This document shows positions 1 to 12,730 of a stretch of DNA of 64,000 nt, piece by piece. This DNA is from Dendrobates tinctorius (lineage: Eukaryota). The notes under the pieces were generated by a model that searched no databases, had not been told where the DNA came from, and saw only the letters and a list, made by a program, of their open reading frames with translations. Position 1 is the first letter of the stretch. Every line of letters begins with the position of its first letter. Location of the stretch: contig NW_027361723.1 of assembly GCF_039654945.1 (NCBI RefSeq), forward strand, positions 2,790,001-2,854,000, in the 5' to 3' direction. The position numbers and the translations under genes were made by a program.

Positions 1-493
1 ATAGTTGCCAACTTCTCTGGTTTTCTTGATTTAGCTTGTATTTCTGCTTTTGCCTTCTACGGTGACTCATTCATAACAGCTGAGCCTCTGCTGATGTATA
101 TATACCCCCTATACACACACGGCTCCACTCCGTACACAAACAGCTCCGCTCCTCCATACACCTCACACACACGGCTCTGCTACATCCACCCTGTAAACCA
201 ATCCTGAGCCCACACAGAAACTTCACCTCATCCAGCACCATGACAACCAGCACATCAGAGCCCTGTGCTGAAGCCCGTGATCATGTGACCCCCTGACTCC
301 GCCCCTCTTGTAACCTCATCACAGGTCCTGTGCGCACAGAAAAGCTCAGGACGACATTGCTGGCTGTGAGGTGGGGGGCGCACTGCTGGCACCAGGGCCC
401 TCAGCGGCCGGGCACCAGTGTAGGGAGATCGATTCTCCCTGCTCTGCTGCAGAATGTAACTGTATGGGTGCGCTGTGCACGCCGATACAGTTA

Positions 494-568
494 CAGTAGC
501 ATAGCTCAGTGGGCCCCTCAGAGTTCGGGGCCACTGCCCCCTCTGTCCCCCCGGTAGCTACGCTACTG
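494..568. mobile_element. Short MITE or MITE terminus with CAGTAGC(A/G)TAGCT inverted repeats
   Basis: cagtagcatagct at 494 is the near-perfect reverse complement of agctacgctactg ending at 568. No target-site duplication (TSD) is visible, so it may be the end of a longer element. Confidence 0.4.
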
Positions 569-3500
569 AACAAATCCCAATGAGGTGATTATTATGGGGG
601 ACTTCAACTACCCCGACATTGACTGGGAAACTGAAACCTGAGGATCTCAGAAAGGAAACCAATGTCTGTCAGTGACCGAGGATAATTATCTGTCACCACT
701 TGTGCAGGGCCCAACTAGAGGGACGGCCCTTCTGGACTTAATGTTAAGCAACAGGCCAGATAGAATAACAGAAGTCCGAGTCGATGGCACCGAGGGAACA
801 GTGACCACAATATAACACAATTCCACTTGTCCTTCAGTAAGGTGCCCTGGAAGGGGGCTACGAAAACGCTGGATTTCAGGAAAGCAAAGTGTGAGCAGCT
901 TAGAGAGGAGCTTCGCCGAATTGATTGGGACAATGTCCTCAAAAATAGGAGCACAGAAAATAAATGGGAAACATTTAAATCAGTTTTACACACCCACTGC
1001 GAGCTAGCCATACCGTACAGAAATAAAAGGACTAGGAACAGGAGAACACCAATGTGGCTAAATAAGGATGTAAAAAGGGCAATAAAGAACAAGAACAAGG
1101 AATTTAGGAAGCTAAAACAAGAAGGCAATGAAGAAGCATTAAAAAGTTATAGAGAAAAAATACAATGTGTAAAAAACAAAAACATTTAGCAAAAGTGGAA
1201 ACTGAGAGACTCATTGCTAAGGAAAGTAAAACAAATCCCAAACTATTCTTTAATTATATAAACAGTAAAAAGATTAAAATTGATGGTGTCGGCCCTTTAA
1301 AGAACAATGAGCGTGAAATCATAGAGAGCGATGTGGGAAAAGCAAATGTTTTAAATACTTTTTCTCAACAGTGTTCGCACAGGAAAAGGATTTGCCTGGG
1401 GAAATGCAGAGTGATAATGTAAACTCCCCATTAAATATTACCTGCCTAACCCAGGAAGAAGTGCAGAACCGCCTTAGCCCCTTAATGACCAGGGGTATTT
1501 TTGGTTTTACATTTTCATTTTTCCCTCCCCTTCTTTCCAGAGCCATAACTTTTTTATTTTACCGTGTATATGGCCATGTGAGGGCTTATTTTTTGCGGGA
1601 CGAGTTGTACTTTTAAATGACATCATTGGTTTTACCATATCGTGTACTCGAAAAGGGGAAAAAAATTCCAAGTGCGGTGAAATTGCAAAAAAAGTGCAAT
1701 CCCACACTTGTTTTTTGCTTGGCTTTTTTGTTAGGTTCACTAGATGCTAAATCTGACCTACCATTATGATTCTCCAGGTCATTACGAGTTCATAGACACC
1801 AAACATGTCTATGTCCTCTTTTATCTAAGTGGTGAAAAAAAATTCCAAAGTTTGCTAAAAAAAAAAAAAAAAAAAAAATTTGCGCAATTTTCCGAGACCC
1901 GTAGCGTCTCCATTTTTCATGATCTGGGGTCGGGTGAGGGCTTATTTTTTCTGTGCCGGACTGACGTTTTTAATGACACCACTTTTGTGCAGATACGTTC
2001 TTTTGATCGCCCGTTATTGCATTTTAATGCAATGTCTTGGTGACCAAAAAAACGTAATTCTGGCATTTTTAATTTTTTTCTCGCTACGCCGTTTAGCGAT
2101 CGGGTTAATGCTTTTTTTTTCTTGATAGATCGGGCGATTCTGAACGCGGCGATACCTAATATGTGTATGTGGGATTTTTTTTTTACTGTTTTATTTTGAT
2201 TGGGGCGAAAGGGGGGGTGATTTGAACTTTTAGGTTTTTTTAATTTTTTTTTATTTTTAAACTTTTTTTTTTTTTACTTTTGGCATGCTTCAATAGCCTC
2301 CATAGGAGGCTAGAAGCTTGCGCAACCCGATCGGCTCTGCTACATATGGGCGTTGGGCAGATCGCCCATATGTGGCAGATTTACTGCTGTGCTTTCAGCG
2401 CCGACCACTGGGTGGCGCTGAAAGTCATATGCCTGCAACAACCATAGAGGTCTCATAGAGACCTCTGGTTGTCCAGATAACATGAAGCCGACCCCCGATC
2501 ACGTGACGGGGGTCGGCGGTGACGTCATTTCCGGCCCGGCGGCCGGAAATGCTATTTAAATGCACGCTGTCAGCTTTGACAGCGGCATTTAACTAGTTAA
2601 TAGGCGCGGGCGGACGGCGATTCCGCTCACGCCTATTGCGGGCACATGTCAGCTGTTCATAACAGCTGACATATCCCGGCTTTGATGCGGGCTCACCGCC
2701 GGAGCCCTCATCAAAGCAGGGGAGATGTCCGATGACGGACTGTGTCCGTCATTGGACATTAAGGGGTTAGTAAGATTAAAATGGACAAATCACCAGGCCC
2801 TGATGGCATTCACCCTCGGGTATTAAGGGAGTTAAGTAATGTGATAGACAGGCCTCTATTCCTTATATTTAAAGACTCTATAGAAACAGGGTCTGTTCCT
2901 TTTGATTGGCGGCAAGCAAATGTGGTACCAATATTCAAAAAGGGGTGTAAAAAGGAACCTGGAAACTATAGGCCGGTAAGCTGAACATCTGCTGTGGGTA
3001 AAATTTGTGAAGGGTTTCTAAGGGAAACCATTATGGAATATCTCACTGTTAATAAATGTTTAACTCCATATCAACATGGATTTTTGAAGGATCGCTCCTG
3101 TCAGACTAACCTGATCTGGGTCCATTTGAGAGCTTACATCCTCATAGAAGCTGGAGAATCATTGGATGTCATTTATCTCGACTTCTCTACAGCATGTGAC
3201 ACTGTCCCACATAAAAGATTGGTAAGTAAGAGGAGACAGCTTGGGCTAGGGGAAAATGTGTGTAGATGGGTAGGTAGCTGGCTTAGTGATAGAAAACAAA
3301 GAGTGGTTATTAATGGGGCATCCTCAGATTGGGCCAGGGTTACTAGTGGGGGACCACAGGGTCTGTATTGGGCCCCCTACTATGTAATATATTTAGTAAT
3401 GATCTAGTGGATGGCTTACACAGTAAAATATCAGTATTTGCAGATGATACAAAACTATGTAAGGGAGTTAACAAAATGGAGGACAGTTTGCAACTACAGA

Positions 3501-4447
3501 CAGATTTGAGTAAATTGGAGAATTGGGCTGAAAAATGGCAAATGAGGTTTAACCCAGATAAGTGTAAGGTTATGCACATGGGAAGGAGAAACAGATGCTA
3601 CAATTATTTACTAAATGGGAAACTGCTGGGGAAATCAGACATGGAAAAAGACTTGGGCATCTTAGTCAATAAGAAGCTAAATTGGAGTGCCCAGTGTCAG
3701 GCAGCTGCCACCAAAGCAAATAGGGTCATGGGAGGCATTAGAAGAGGTCTGGGGACACGAGATGAAAACATAATTCTCCCTCTGTACAAATCACTCGTCA
3801 GACCACACTTGGAGTATTGTGTGCAATTTTGGACGCCGGTGCTCAAGAAAGACATTACTGAACTTGAAAGGGTTCAAAGGCGGCTACTAAAATAATAAAT
3901 GGAGTTGGTTCACTACAATACCCATAAAGGTTATCAAAATTAGGTCTATTTACTCTAGAAAAGAGAAGACTTAGGGGAGACCTAATATATATGTACAAGT
4001 ATATCAGAGGGCAATACAGAGATCTCTCCAATGAACTGTTTGTACCAAGGACTGTGCCAAGAACAAGGGGGCATTCTCTTCGTTTGGAGGAAAGACAATT
4101 TCTGCACCAGCATAGAAGAGGGTTCTTCACAGTAAGAGCAGTGAGGCTCTGGAATTCTCTTCCTGAGAAAGTGGTGATGGCCAACTCACTGAATGAATGT
4201 AAGAAAGGAATGGAGGCTTTTCTTGTGAGTAACAGTATAGAAGGTTACGAATAACAGAATATTATAGGTAGATGGTTGACCCAGCTTAGGGGAAGGATTT
4301 TTTTTCCCTATGGAGAAAATTGGCTTCTACTCTGTGGGTTTTTTGCCTTCCCCAGGATCAACAATGCAGAACAGCTGCACTAAAAATAGGCTGAACTAGA
4401 TGGACATAAGGTCTTCCTTCAGCCTTCAAAACTATGTTACTATGTAA
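569..4447 (+). mobile_element. CR1-type LINE, degenerate ORF2 (endonuclease end + RT), 5'-truncated and interrupted by a MITE
   Basis: Reads IIMGDFNYPDIDW, KSPGPDGIHPRVL, NYRPVS, YLDFS, FADDTKL and LVRPHLEYCVQFW across several frames with stops and frameshifts. Ends in an ACTATGTT-type octamer tail at 4431-4447. Confidence 0.93.
1478..2766. mobile_element. Non-autonomous piggyBac-type element inserted in CR1, TSD TTAG
   Basis: Termini CCCCTTAATGACC / GGACATTAAGGGG (12/13 inverted match). TTAG lies at 1474-1477 and 2767-2770. Excision restores the CR1 frame QNRLSKIKMDKSP. Confidence 0.88.
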
Positions 4448-5037
4448 TGTCACTGGTGATCACTGTATTACCTGTACACTGACACTATATACAGAGCTCC
4501 TGTGTATAATGCCACTGGTGATCACTGTATTACCTGTACACTGGCACTATATATAGAGCTCCTGTGTATAATGCCACTGTTGATCACTGTATTACCTGTA
4601 CACAGACACTATATACATAGCTCCTGTGTATAATGCCACTGGTGAGCACTGTATTACCTGTACACTGGCACTATATACAGAGCTCCTGTGTATAATGCCA
4701 CTGGTGATCACTGTATTACCTGTACACTGGCACTATATACAGAGCTCCTGTGTATAATGTCACTGGTGATCACTGTATTACCTGTACACTGGCACTATAT
4801 ACAGAGCTCCTGTGTATAATGTCACTGGTGATCATTGTATTACCTGTACACTGGCACTATATATAGAGCTCCTGTGTATAATGCCACTGTTGATCACTGT
4901 ATTACCTGTACACAGACACTATATACAGAGCTCCTGTGTATAATGCCACTGGTGATCACTGTATTACCTGTACACTGGCACTATATACAGAGCTCCTGTG
5001 TACAGTGTCACCAGTGATCACTGTATTACCTGGACAC
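4446..5037. repeat. 62-bp minisatellite, about 9.5 copies (resumes 5457-5490)
   Basis: Unit atgccactggtgatcactgtattacctgtacactggcactatatacagagctcctgtgtata. Confidence 0.95.
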
Positions 5038-5456
5038 TTATATTTTCTTAGAGTTGTTTCTGTATGGTATCACTCACCTAAGCTCCATCAAATATTGAAT
5101 AAACTGGGTGGACCAGGGTAAGCCAAGCTAGAAAACAATACTTGTGTATATAAGCATTGTTTAGCGATATGGGAGCAGTAAACGGTAACCCAGAAATGTA
5201 CATAATGATTGTGTAGCGACCTGAGAAAAGCAAATAGTAACTGGAAATATGTCCATGATGTAACTGATGATGTAGCTCAAATTCTGTTATAAAAGCTGTA
5301 CACGTTTGATTAAAGACAGAGAAGAATCATACTGACACGATACCCTCTTGTCTTGTGTATTCTTTCCTCGAGTATACGTATACCTTGTGCCAAAGCTACA
5401 ATTCGGCCACAGACAATTAAGACGGGTCGCACCTTAGTGTGACAGAATCATCAACA
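5038..5456 (+). mobile_element. LTR-like fragment inserted in the 62-bp satellite
   Basis: Interrupts the satellite. Contains TATAAAA (~5288), ATTAAA (~5309) and ends in ...AACA. No clear 5' TG end or TSD. Confidence 0.35.
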
Positions 5457-6111
5457 CTATATATAGAGCTCCTGTGTATAATGTCACTGGTGGTAATAAC
5501 AGTGCTGCTAGTGTCATGGTTTGCATTCATGATCAGTATGTGGTCTGGAGGTGGTGGTATTTCTTCTTGTATGTGGCATTATTGGTCTCGGTATAGTGGA
5601 CTGTGTTATATATGGCGGTCATTTTTTCTCTCAGTTGTTGATTAGAAGAAGAATTTTAAAGTATATAATGACTAATGGCAATTGGTACACAGCGGCTGAG
5701 ATGCACTTATAGAATTTCTCCAGTGAAAAAAGTAATAAATTCAACAGGATAAGCGATAACATACTGATTGATGGGGTCTGACTGCTTGGACTGACACCGA
5801 TCAACAAAATGTGGAGCTTTTATCCCCATTAGATTGGAGCTCATGTGAAACTTGATCACTGATCCATATTCATTGTCTCAATGACTGCACTTGTTTTTTC
5901 TTAATGCCCCAAAAAGAATGAATGGAGGTGCGGTCAGACATCTCACCTGCTGCTGCATTTTGAAATGGGGATAAATCATCCTCATTTTTCCAATCCGTGC
6001 AGTTTCTAATGGTCGGACATAAGTGATCACCTATCCTGTGGAGCCCAGGGATCAGTGAACTTAACAGCAAAGCCACAAAAAGAGGATTGAAAATCCTCCA
6101 AAAATTCAAGA

Positions 6112-7453
6112 ATACAGGAGAAAATGGTCAGCAGTACTTACCTGCCCAGGTCTCCGAACAAACGCCCTCTCAGGATGCAGCAGACCCTTGTAGTTAAGAT
6201 GGCGGCAACACAGGTGCAGAATACTGATGAGACCACTCCCAACCCATGGAGGGGGGATTGTTAGTATTAGATTGCACAGAATCTGCTTGTACAGGGCGCT
6301 GGTCACACACAGGTAATGCACGGTGTACGGCTTAGGCTGGTTTCACATTCGCGCTTTTTAAGCGCACGCACGGCCGGGGGTAGCTCCGCCCCCGAGCCGG
6401 CTCTCTGCCCGGCGTGCCCGCCCCTTCCTTGTAGCGCCGCCTCCTAGCGCACAGCGGCGCCTGCGATCGGCGCACCCTATCTTTAGCATAGGGTGCGCAG
6501 ATCGTGCGCAGGCCGTGCGCTAGTTGCGCTTTGACCTGCGCTGCGCACTTTTGACGGTGCGCCGTGCGCGCCAAAATCAAACTTTTCGGATTTTGGCGCG
6601 CACGGCGCACGGTCAAAAGTGCGCAGCGCAGGTCAAAGCGCAACTAGCGCACGGCCTGCGCACGATCTGCGCACCCTATGCTAAAGATAGGGTGCGCCGA
6701 TCGCAGGCGCCGCTGTGTGCTAGGAGGCGGCGCTACAAGGAAGGGGCGGGCACGCCGGGCAGAGAGCCGGCTCGGGGGCGGAGCTACCCCCGGCCGTGCG
6801 TGCGCTTAAAAAGCGCGAATGTGAAACCAGCCTTACAGCATATTACTGACGCCCCTACTATTAGATCAGGCGGCTGCACCTGGAAAAATGAGGTGCAAAA
6901 AATACACAGAAACATGTGAGGTATTGGCCGATATTTTGGCCAAGATATACAAGCTCGCAGCCACGTCAGGGCTCCTCACGCTCGCGAGTCCTAACACTAA
7001 ACTTAAAAGCAAAGCCACAAAAAGAGGACGAAAAATTTCTTTGAATTTTTTGCACCTTATTTTTCCGGGTGCGGCAAGGCCCAGAATTTTTGGCCTTGTA
7101 AACTGTGGTGTCTGTTCACTTGGGATGCATGTAGATAGTGCTGGGCAGCCGCCTGATCTAATAGTCGGGGCGTCACTAATGGGCTCTAATCCGGACACTG
7201 TGCATTACCTGTGTGTGACCAGAGCCCGGTACAAGCAGATTCTGTGCAATGTAAAACTAAGCAATCCCCCCTCCAAGGATTGGGAGTGGTTGTCTCATCA
7301 GGACCTGTGTTGCCGCCATCTTTGTTATATGGGTCTGCTGCACCCTGTAGTGCATTTGCTCGGAGACCTGGGCAGGTGAGCACTGCTGACCCTTTTCTGC
7401 TGTACTAACCCATGGATCAGTGACAACTTGTTTTGACAAAAGAACCCCTTTAA
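6112..7453. mobile_element. Old imperfect-palindrome MITE (probably T2/Kolobok family)
   Basis: 6115-6330 plus 6836-6880 are reverse-complementary to about 7140-7405. A T2-type end ...ACCCCTTTAA lies at 7444-7453. The left terminus was not identified. Confidence 0.6.
6335..6832. mobile_element. 498-bp near-perfect palindromic Harbinger/PIF-type MITE, TSD TTA
   Basis: Arms 6335-6578 and 6589-6832 (244 bp each, one mismatch seen) with a 10-nt loop. Ends GGCTGGTTTCACA...TGTGAAACCAGCC, with TTA on both sides. Confidence 0.92.
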
Positions 7454-7529
7454 TGCAAACTACCGTAATTCTGACCCCAGTTCAGGGGGCGCACAGTAGA
7501 TGTGTATTACAGTTGACGCTTCACTATAA

Positions 7530-7664
7530 GGCTGTGTGCACACGCTGCGGATTCTGCTGCGGTTTGCCATTTGCTCCATTGTAGAGATGATAAACCACAG
7601 AGCAATCCGCACTAAATCTGTGCGGACAAATCCACAGAGCATTCCACAGCGTGTGCACTCACCC
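7530..7664. mobile_element. Short Harbinger-type MITE, TSD TAA
   Basis: ggctgtgtgcacacgctg ... cagcgtgtgcactcaccc, flanked by TAA on both sides. Confidence 0.7.
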
Positions 7665-8276
7665 TAACAGGGATAACAGCTTACATGCATTTGCCTATTA
7701 CTGTAGGGTGGGCCCCACTATGACCCTACTCAGAGCCCAAGGCTCCGGGGTCCCATGGCCAGATTGTACCCATCATAAGCCTCATATGGGACAGGGAGGG
7801 GCCGCGAGCTGACAGTGTCTGCCCCTGGGTCACTGTACAGCACTGATCACAGGGGCATTATTGACCAAGGCAACATAATGAACTGTGGATCACCGGGATA
7901 CAGAGGAAGACAAAATGTCCCGTGATGTCACACACCAACTGTATCTGGAGGAAAGGACCCTCTCAAAGACGGGTGAGGGGCGAGATTTTGTTTCTGCTCC
8001 TCAGATCTGCCACTAGGGGGCAATGAATCCCACAGTGCGGCCAATATGTGCGCTAATCTCGCCCCCGTGCTGTGGTCACTGCAGAGAACAGCTCATTACA
8101 GGAAGCTAGCAGGAATCCCGCAGTGTCTGCCGCATAGGAGCTGTCGTCACATCCACCCAACCGTCTCCACATCCAGATATCACACACAAGGCCCGGATAT
8201 GTTATTATCACTACACAACTCATCACGCATCACTGAGGAGAGAGAAAGAAAGGGGGAGCTGCAGACATGTGATCAG

Positions 8277-8378
8277 CCAATCAGTAAGAGGTGAGGGAGG
8301 AGCCGGTAATGCAGAACGCCCCATAGTGGCGTCATCATTGTGTAGTTTTCACTCAGGTCCGCCGCCCACCATATAAAG
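8277..8378 (+). promoter_or_regulatory. H4 promoter (CCAAT, H4 box GGTCCG, TATA)
   Basis: CCAAT at 8277, TCAGGTCCGCC at ~8353 and ATATAAA at 8371. Confidence 0.75.
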
Positions 8379-8423
8379 GAGGACTCAGCGCTGACCCCTC
8401 ACAGTCGTCTGACGATTTCCTGA

Positions 8424-8738
<315 letters not shown>

Positions 8739-8768
8739 TGCGTCTCCGCTCCATCCTCACCCCCCAAA

Positions 8769-8784
8769 GGCTCTTATCAGAGCC
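8769..8784 (+). terminator. Histone 3' stem-loop (H4)
   Basis: CCAAA GGCTCT-TATC-AGAGCC GCCCA, with a purine-rich HDE GAAAAAGCT downstream. Confidence 0.95.
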
Positions 8785-9220
8785 GCCCACATCTACTTAG
8801 AAAAAGCTATGATCTCCGCTGTGTGATGTGGCCAGGGAGGGAGATTGCGGGTATTTTGCTGTGTTTTCAGCGGTTAAAACAGTTGGGTTACCTGGATATA
8901 CAGCGCTATATGGGTCAGGAATTACTGTATGGATGAAATATCGAGCTTTATAGAGGTTACATCACAGTATATACATTCACCACACTCTGAGGGTACACAC
9001 ACCTTACCCCTCTCCCTATATTAACGTTGGTTATATTATAGACGCCGCATGTTTTACAATGGATGAGAATAGAGAAACGTGAGATTTCAGTTATCGCTCA
9101 GCAATCGTGATATCAGAAACCGCAGCCACCATCTATTCTGAGAGAGTGCGATCCGTATATGGAGAACACGCACATAAACCGGACAGTTCAGGACTCGGCT
9201 CGTTTTTGGGAAGATTTGGT

Positions 9221-9236
9221 GGCTCTGAAAAGAGCC
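9221..9236 (-). terminator. Histone 3' stem-loop (H3)
   Basis: Minus strand reads GGCTCTTTTCAGAGCC ACCAA. Confidence 0.95.
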
Positions 9237-9265
9237 TTTGTGTTGTGGTTGGAGCCCGGGAAGAT

Positions 9266-9679
<414 letters not shown>

Positions 9680-10073
9680 TCAATTTAGAGGTGAACAGAT
9701 GTGATGAGCTGAGCGGCGGGAGAAGGGTATTTATGCTCCAGGGCGCGTCCTCATTGGTCTATAGGAAACACGCCCCCTGCACGCCACTGGTTGTGGCATA
9801 AATAAAAGAAGCCAATAAGGACTTGATGTGTGTAACCAATCATTGTGAAGAGTAACTCCGCCTCTCGATCAGTAACCCCGCCCCCTGTTGTCCCCGCCTC
9901 CTCCACGAGGCGGTTCACATCATCCCTTACACACGGAATATGGAGCAGACGCCACTGACGTAAATGCACGGCCGTATCCGTGTACACAGCGCTGTACAGT
10001 GCAGAGCTCGTATTAGCAACAGATCACAACTATCCATCCTGACACTGCGCCCAGCATCAATTATATAATGTAC

Positions 10074-10900
10074 TGGCACTGATCGTACAGCTCTGCAGGG
10101 AGGAGGTGGTGGATCTCATCGTACAGCTCTGCAGGGAGGAGGTGGTGGCACTGATCATACAGCTCTGCTGAGGACAAGGTGGTGGCACTGATCATACAGC
10201 TCTGCAGGGAGGTGGTGGCACTGATAACACAGCTCTGTAGGGAGGAGGTGGCACTGATCATACAGCTCTGCAGGGAGGTGGTGGCACTGATCACACAGCT
10301 CTGCAGGGAGGTGGTGGCACTGATGATACAGCTCTGCAGGGAGGAGGTGATGGCACTGATGATACAGCTCTGCAGGGAGGTGGTGGCACTGATCACACAG
10401 CTCTGCAGGGAGGTGGTGGCACTGATCACACAGCTCTGCAGGGAGGTGGTGGCACTGATCATACAGCTCTGCGGGGAGGAGGCGGTGGCACTGATCATAC
10501 AGCTCGGCAGGGAGGAGGTGGTGGCACTGATCATACAGCTCTGCAGGGAGATGGTGGCACTGATGATACAGCTCTGCAGGGAGGTGGTGGCACTGATCAC
10601 ACAGCTCTGCAGGGAGGTGGTGGCACTGATCACACAGCTCTGCAGGGAGGTGGTGGCACTGATGATACAGCTCTGCAGGGAGGTGGTGGCACTGATCACA
10701 CAGCTCTGCAGGGAGGTGGTGGCACTGATCACACAGCTCTGCAGGGAGGTGGTGGCACTGATCACACAGCTCTGCAGGGAGGTGGTGGCACTGATCATAC
10801 AGCTCTGCAGGGAGATGGTGGCACTGATGATACAGCTCTGCAGGGAGGTGGTGGTGGCACTGATCACACAGCTCTGCAGGGAGGAGGTGGTGGCTCTGAT
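10074..10900 (-). repeat. 33-bp minisatellite (~24 units) derived from the H1 3' processing signal
   Basis: Minus-strand unit ATCAGTGCC-ACCAC-CTCCCTGC-AGAGCTGT-(G/A)TG. The first unit overlaps the real stem-loop (ATCAGAGCC). Confidence 0.93.
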
Positions 10901-10907
10901 AAGAGCC
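10892..10907 (-). terminator. Histone 3' stem-loop (H1)
   Basis: Minus strand reads CAAA GGCTCT-TATC-AGAGCC ACCAC. Confidence 0.95.
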
Positions 10908-10936
10908 TTTGTGGGATGAGGACAGGGCGGCTCCGC

Positions 10937-11575
10937 TTATTTTTTGGCCGCGGGCTTCTTGGCTTTAGCCGCCTTCTTAGCCGGACTCCTGGCAGCTTTG
11001 GGTTTGGCCGCCTTCTTAGCGGGGCTCTTTGTCACCTGCTTGGGCTTAGCCTTCGGCTTTTTGGGGCTCTTAACTGCTTTTTTGGCCGCTGCGGGCTTCT
11101 TGGCCTTTTTCGGGCTCTTCTTGGCCGCGGTCGGAGCCTTCTTGGGCTTCTTCGGGGATTTTGCAGCTTTCTTGGCTGCTGGTTTCTTGGCTTTGGCCGC
11201 AGGCGCCTGCTTCTTCTTGTCCTTGGTCTCCTGCTTCTTGTTCAGCTTGAATGACCCGGAGGCGCCGCTGCCCTTCACCTGGAGCAGGGCGCCCTTGGTG
11301 ACCAGACCCCTGACGGCCAGCTTCAGGCGGCTGTTATTCCTCTCCACATCGTACCCTCCAGCAGCCAGAGCCTTCTTCAGGGCAGCCAGAGACACCCCGC
11401 TGCGCTCCTTGGAAGCAGACACGGCTTTGACGATCAGCTCGGACACGCTGGGGCCAGAGGGCTTTTTGCTCTTCTTGGCGACCCCTGCGGAGGATTTTTT
11501 CGGCTGCTTCTTGGATTTGGTGGCCGGTTCGGCAGGAGGAGGAGGAGCGGCGGCTGGCGCGGTCTCTGCCATCAT
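10937..11575 (-). CDS. H1: Linker histone H1 (somatic, replication-dependent)
   Basis: AETAP N-terminus, globular domain [13 protein letters not shown]...[11 protein letters not shown] and a K/A/P-rich tail with SPKK motifs. CCAAT and GC boxes lie upstream. Confidence 0.98.
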   Translation of the reverse strand: MMAETAPAAAPPPPAEPATKSKKQPKKSSAGVAKKSKKPSGPSVSELIVKAVSASKERSGVSLAALKKALAAGGYDVERNNSRLKLAVRGLVTKGALLQVKGSGASGSFKLNKKQETKDKKKQAPAAKAKKPAAKKAAKSPKKPKKAPTAAKKSPKKAKKPAAAKKAVKSPKKPKAKPKQVTKSPAKKAAKPKAARSPAKKAAKAKKPAAKK

Positions 11576-12204
11576 CTAATCAACAACAAACACAAAGTGC
11601 TGAAAGAAAAATTACTAAGGACGGAGCGGGAGCCGCCTCAAATATGTACAGTCACACTGCGCACTGATTGGCTGCCCCTCCTGAGCTTCTATTGGCTGAC
11701 ACTGGTCACAGGCCCCGCCCCTCCTGTCTGAGACGGGTGAAGCTCCGCTCTCCCCTTGTGCTTCCTTGCCCGGGATAAGCGACCATTACCGGTCAGGACC
11801 GGGCAGCAGAGCCGCTGTGTCAGTGTCCTCCTCCTCACTGACATCTCCCCCACATGTCTATAGCCGTCACTGGCGGAGGAGGCAGTAAGGAGCCGGGAAG
11901 AGCCCCGGAATCTCCCCATAGTCCTCCTGGCCGCACATCATTCTGTATCGGGGAAGATGAATCTGCTGCGGGAGCTCGCTCCTTCTGTTCCCGGCACCTG
12001 TCACTATCACAGGGATCTGTACCACAATCTGTACCGTGCAGGAAGCTGATTGGACGATGGGAGAACGACCTGGAGCTGCTGAGAGGTCGGAAGGAGACAC
12101 AGACGGCGGCTCCGCTCCCTGCAGCTTCTGGCCTGTATATATATATATATCCAGTGTGTGGGCTTGTGGATCAGGAGCGCGAAGTCCAGAATATCTGATG
12201 TGTG

Positions 12205-12730
12205 GAATATACAGCGCTATATGGAGGGTACACGTCCCTCTATGGGGGAGTACAGCCGTCAATGAGGGTGTACCCTAATATAAGGGGAGTATACAGCACT
12301 ATATTCTAGACTACGATACTATATGGAGGGTTGTCAGCACTATATGGCGGTATACAATACTACTTGAAGGTTATACAGCACAATATGTCGGTACATAACA
12401 GTATTTGGCAGCTTACAGCACTACATGGGGGTATACAGCGATATATGATGGGATAAAGAACAATATGGAGGGCCCACAGCACTTTCTGGAGAGTATTTAG
12501 CTATATATGGGGGCATACAGCGATATATGTAGGTATCAGCACTACCTTATCCTCAGTTACTATATGGAGGGTATCCAGCACTATATGCGGGTGTTCTGTA
12601 GATGACACAGGTTTATAGAGGAGAAATGCAGCACTAGATGGGGAGTATACAGCACATGTAGCCTTTGTAGTGCTGTATACCACCTAGTAGGGAGGATGGT
12701 GGATGTACAGCACCGTACTGGGGGTGTATA
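12205..12730. repeat. Degenerate ~20-bp tandem repeats (cagcactatatggagggta-like)
   Basis: Recurrent cagc(a/g)ctatatgg core. Related units occur at 60780-60900. Confidence 0.6.

Noticed and set aside
6332-6919. Near-identical ORFs on opposite strands
   Set aside because: A direct consequence of the DNA palindrome; non-ATG starts inside a MITE.
10061-10919. 268-aa and 246-aa ORFs with 11-residue repeats
   Set aside because: They are translations of the 33-bp minisatellite (unit divisible by 3), with no promoter or domain evidence.
10944-11579. 211-aa Ala/Phe/Leu-rich ORF antisense to H1
   Set aside because: The typical antisense shadow of K/A-rich H1 codons.
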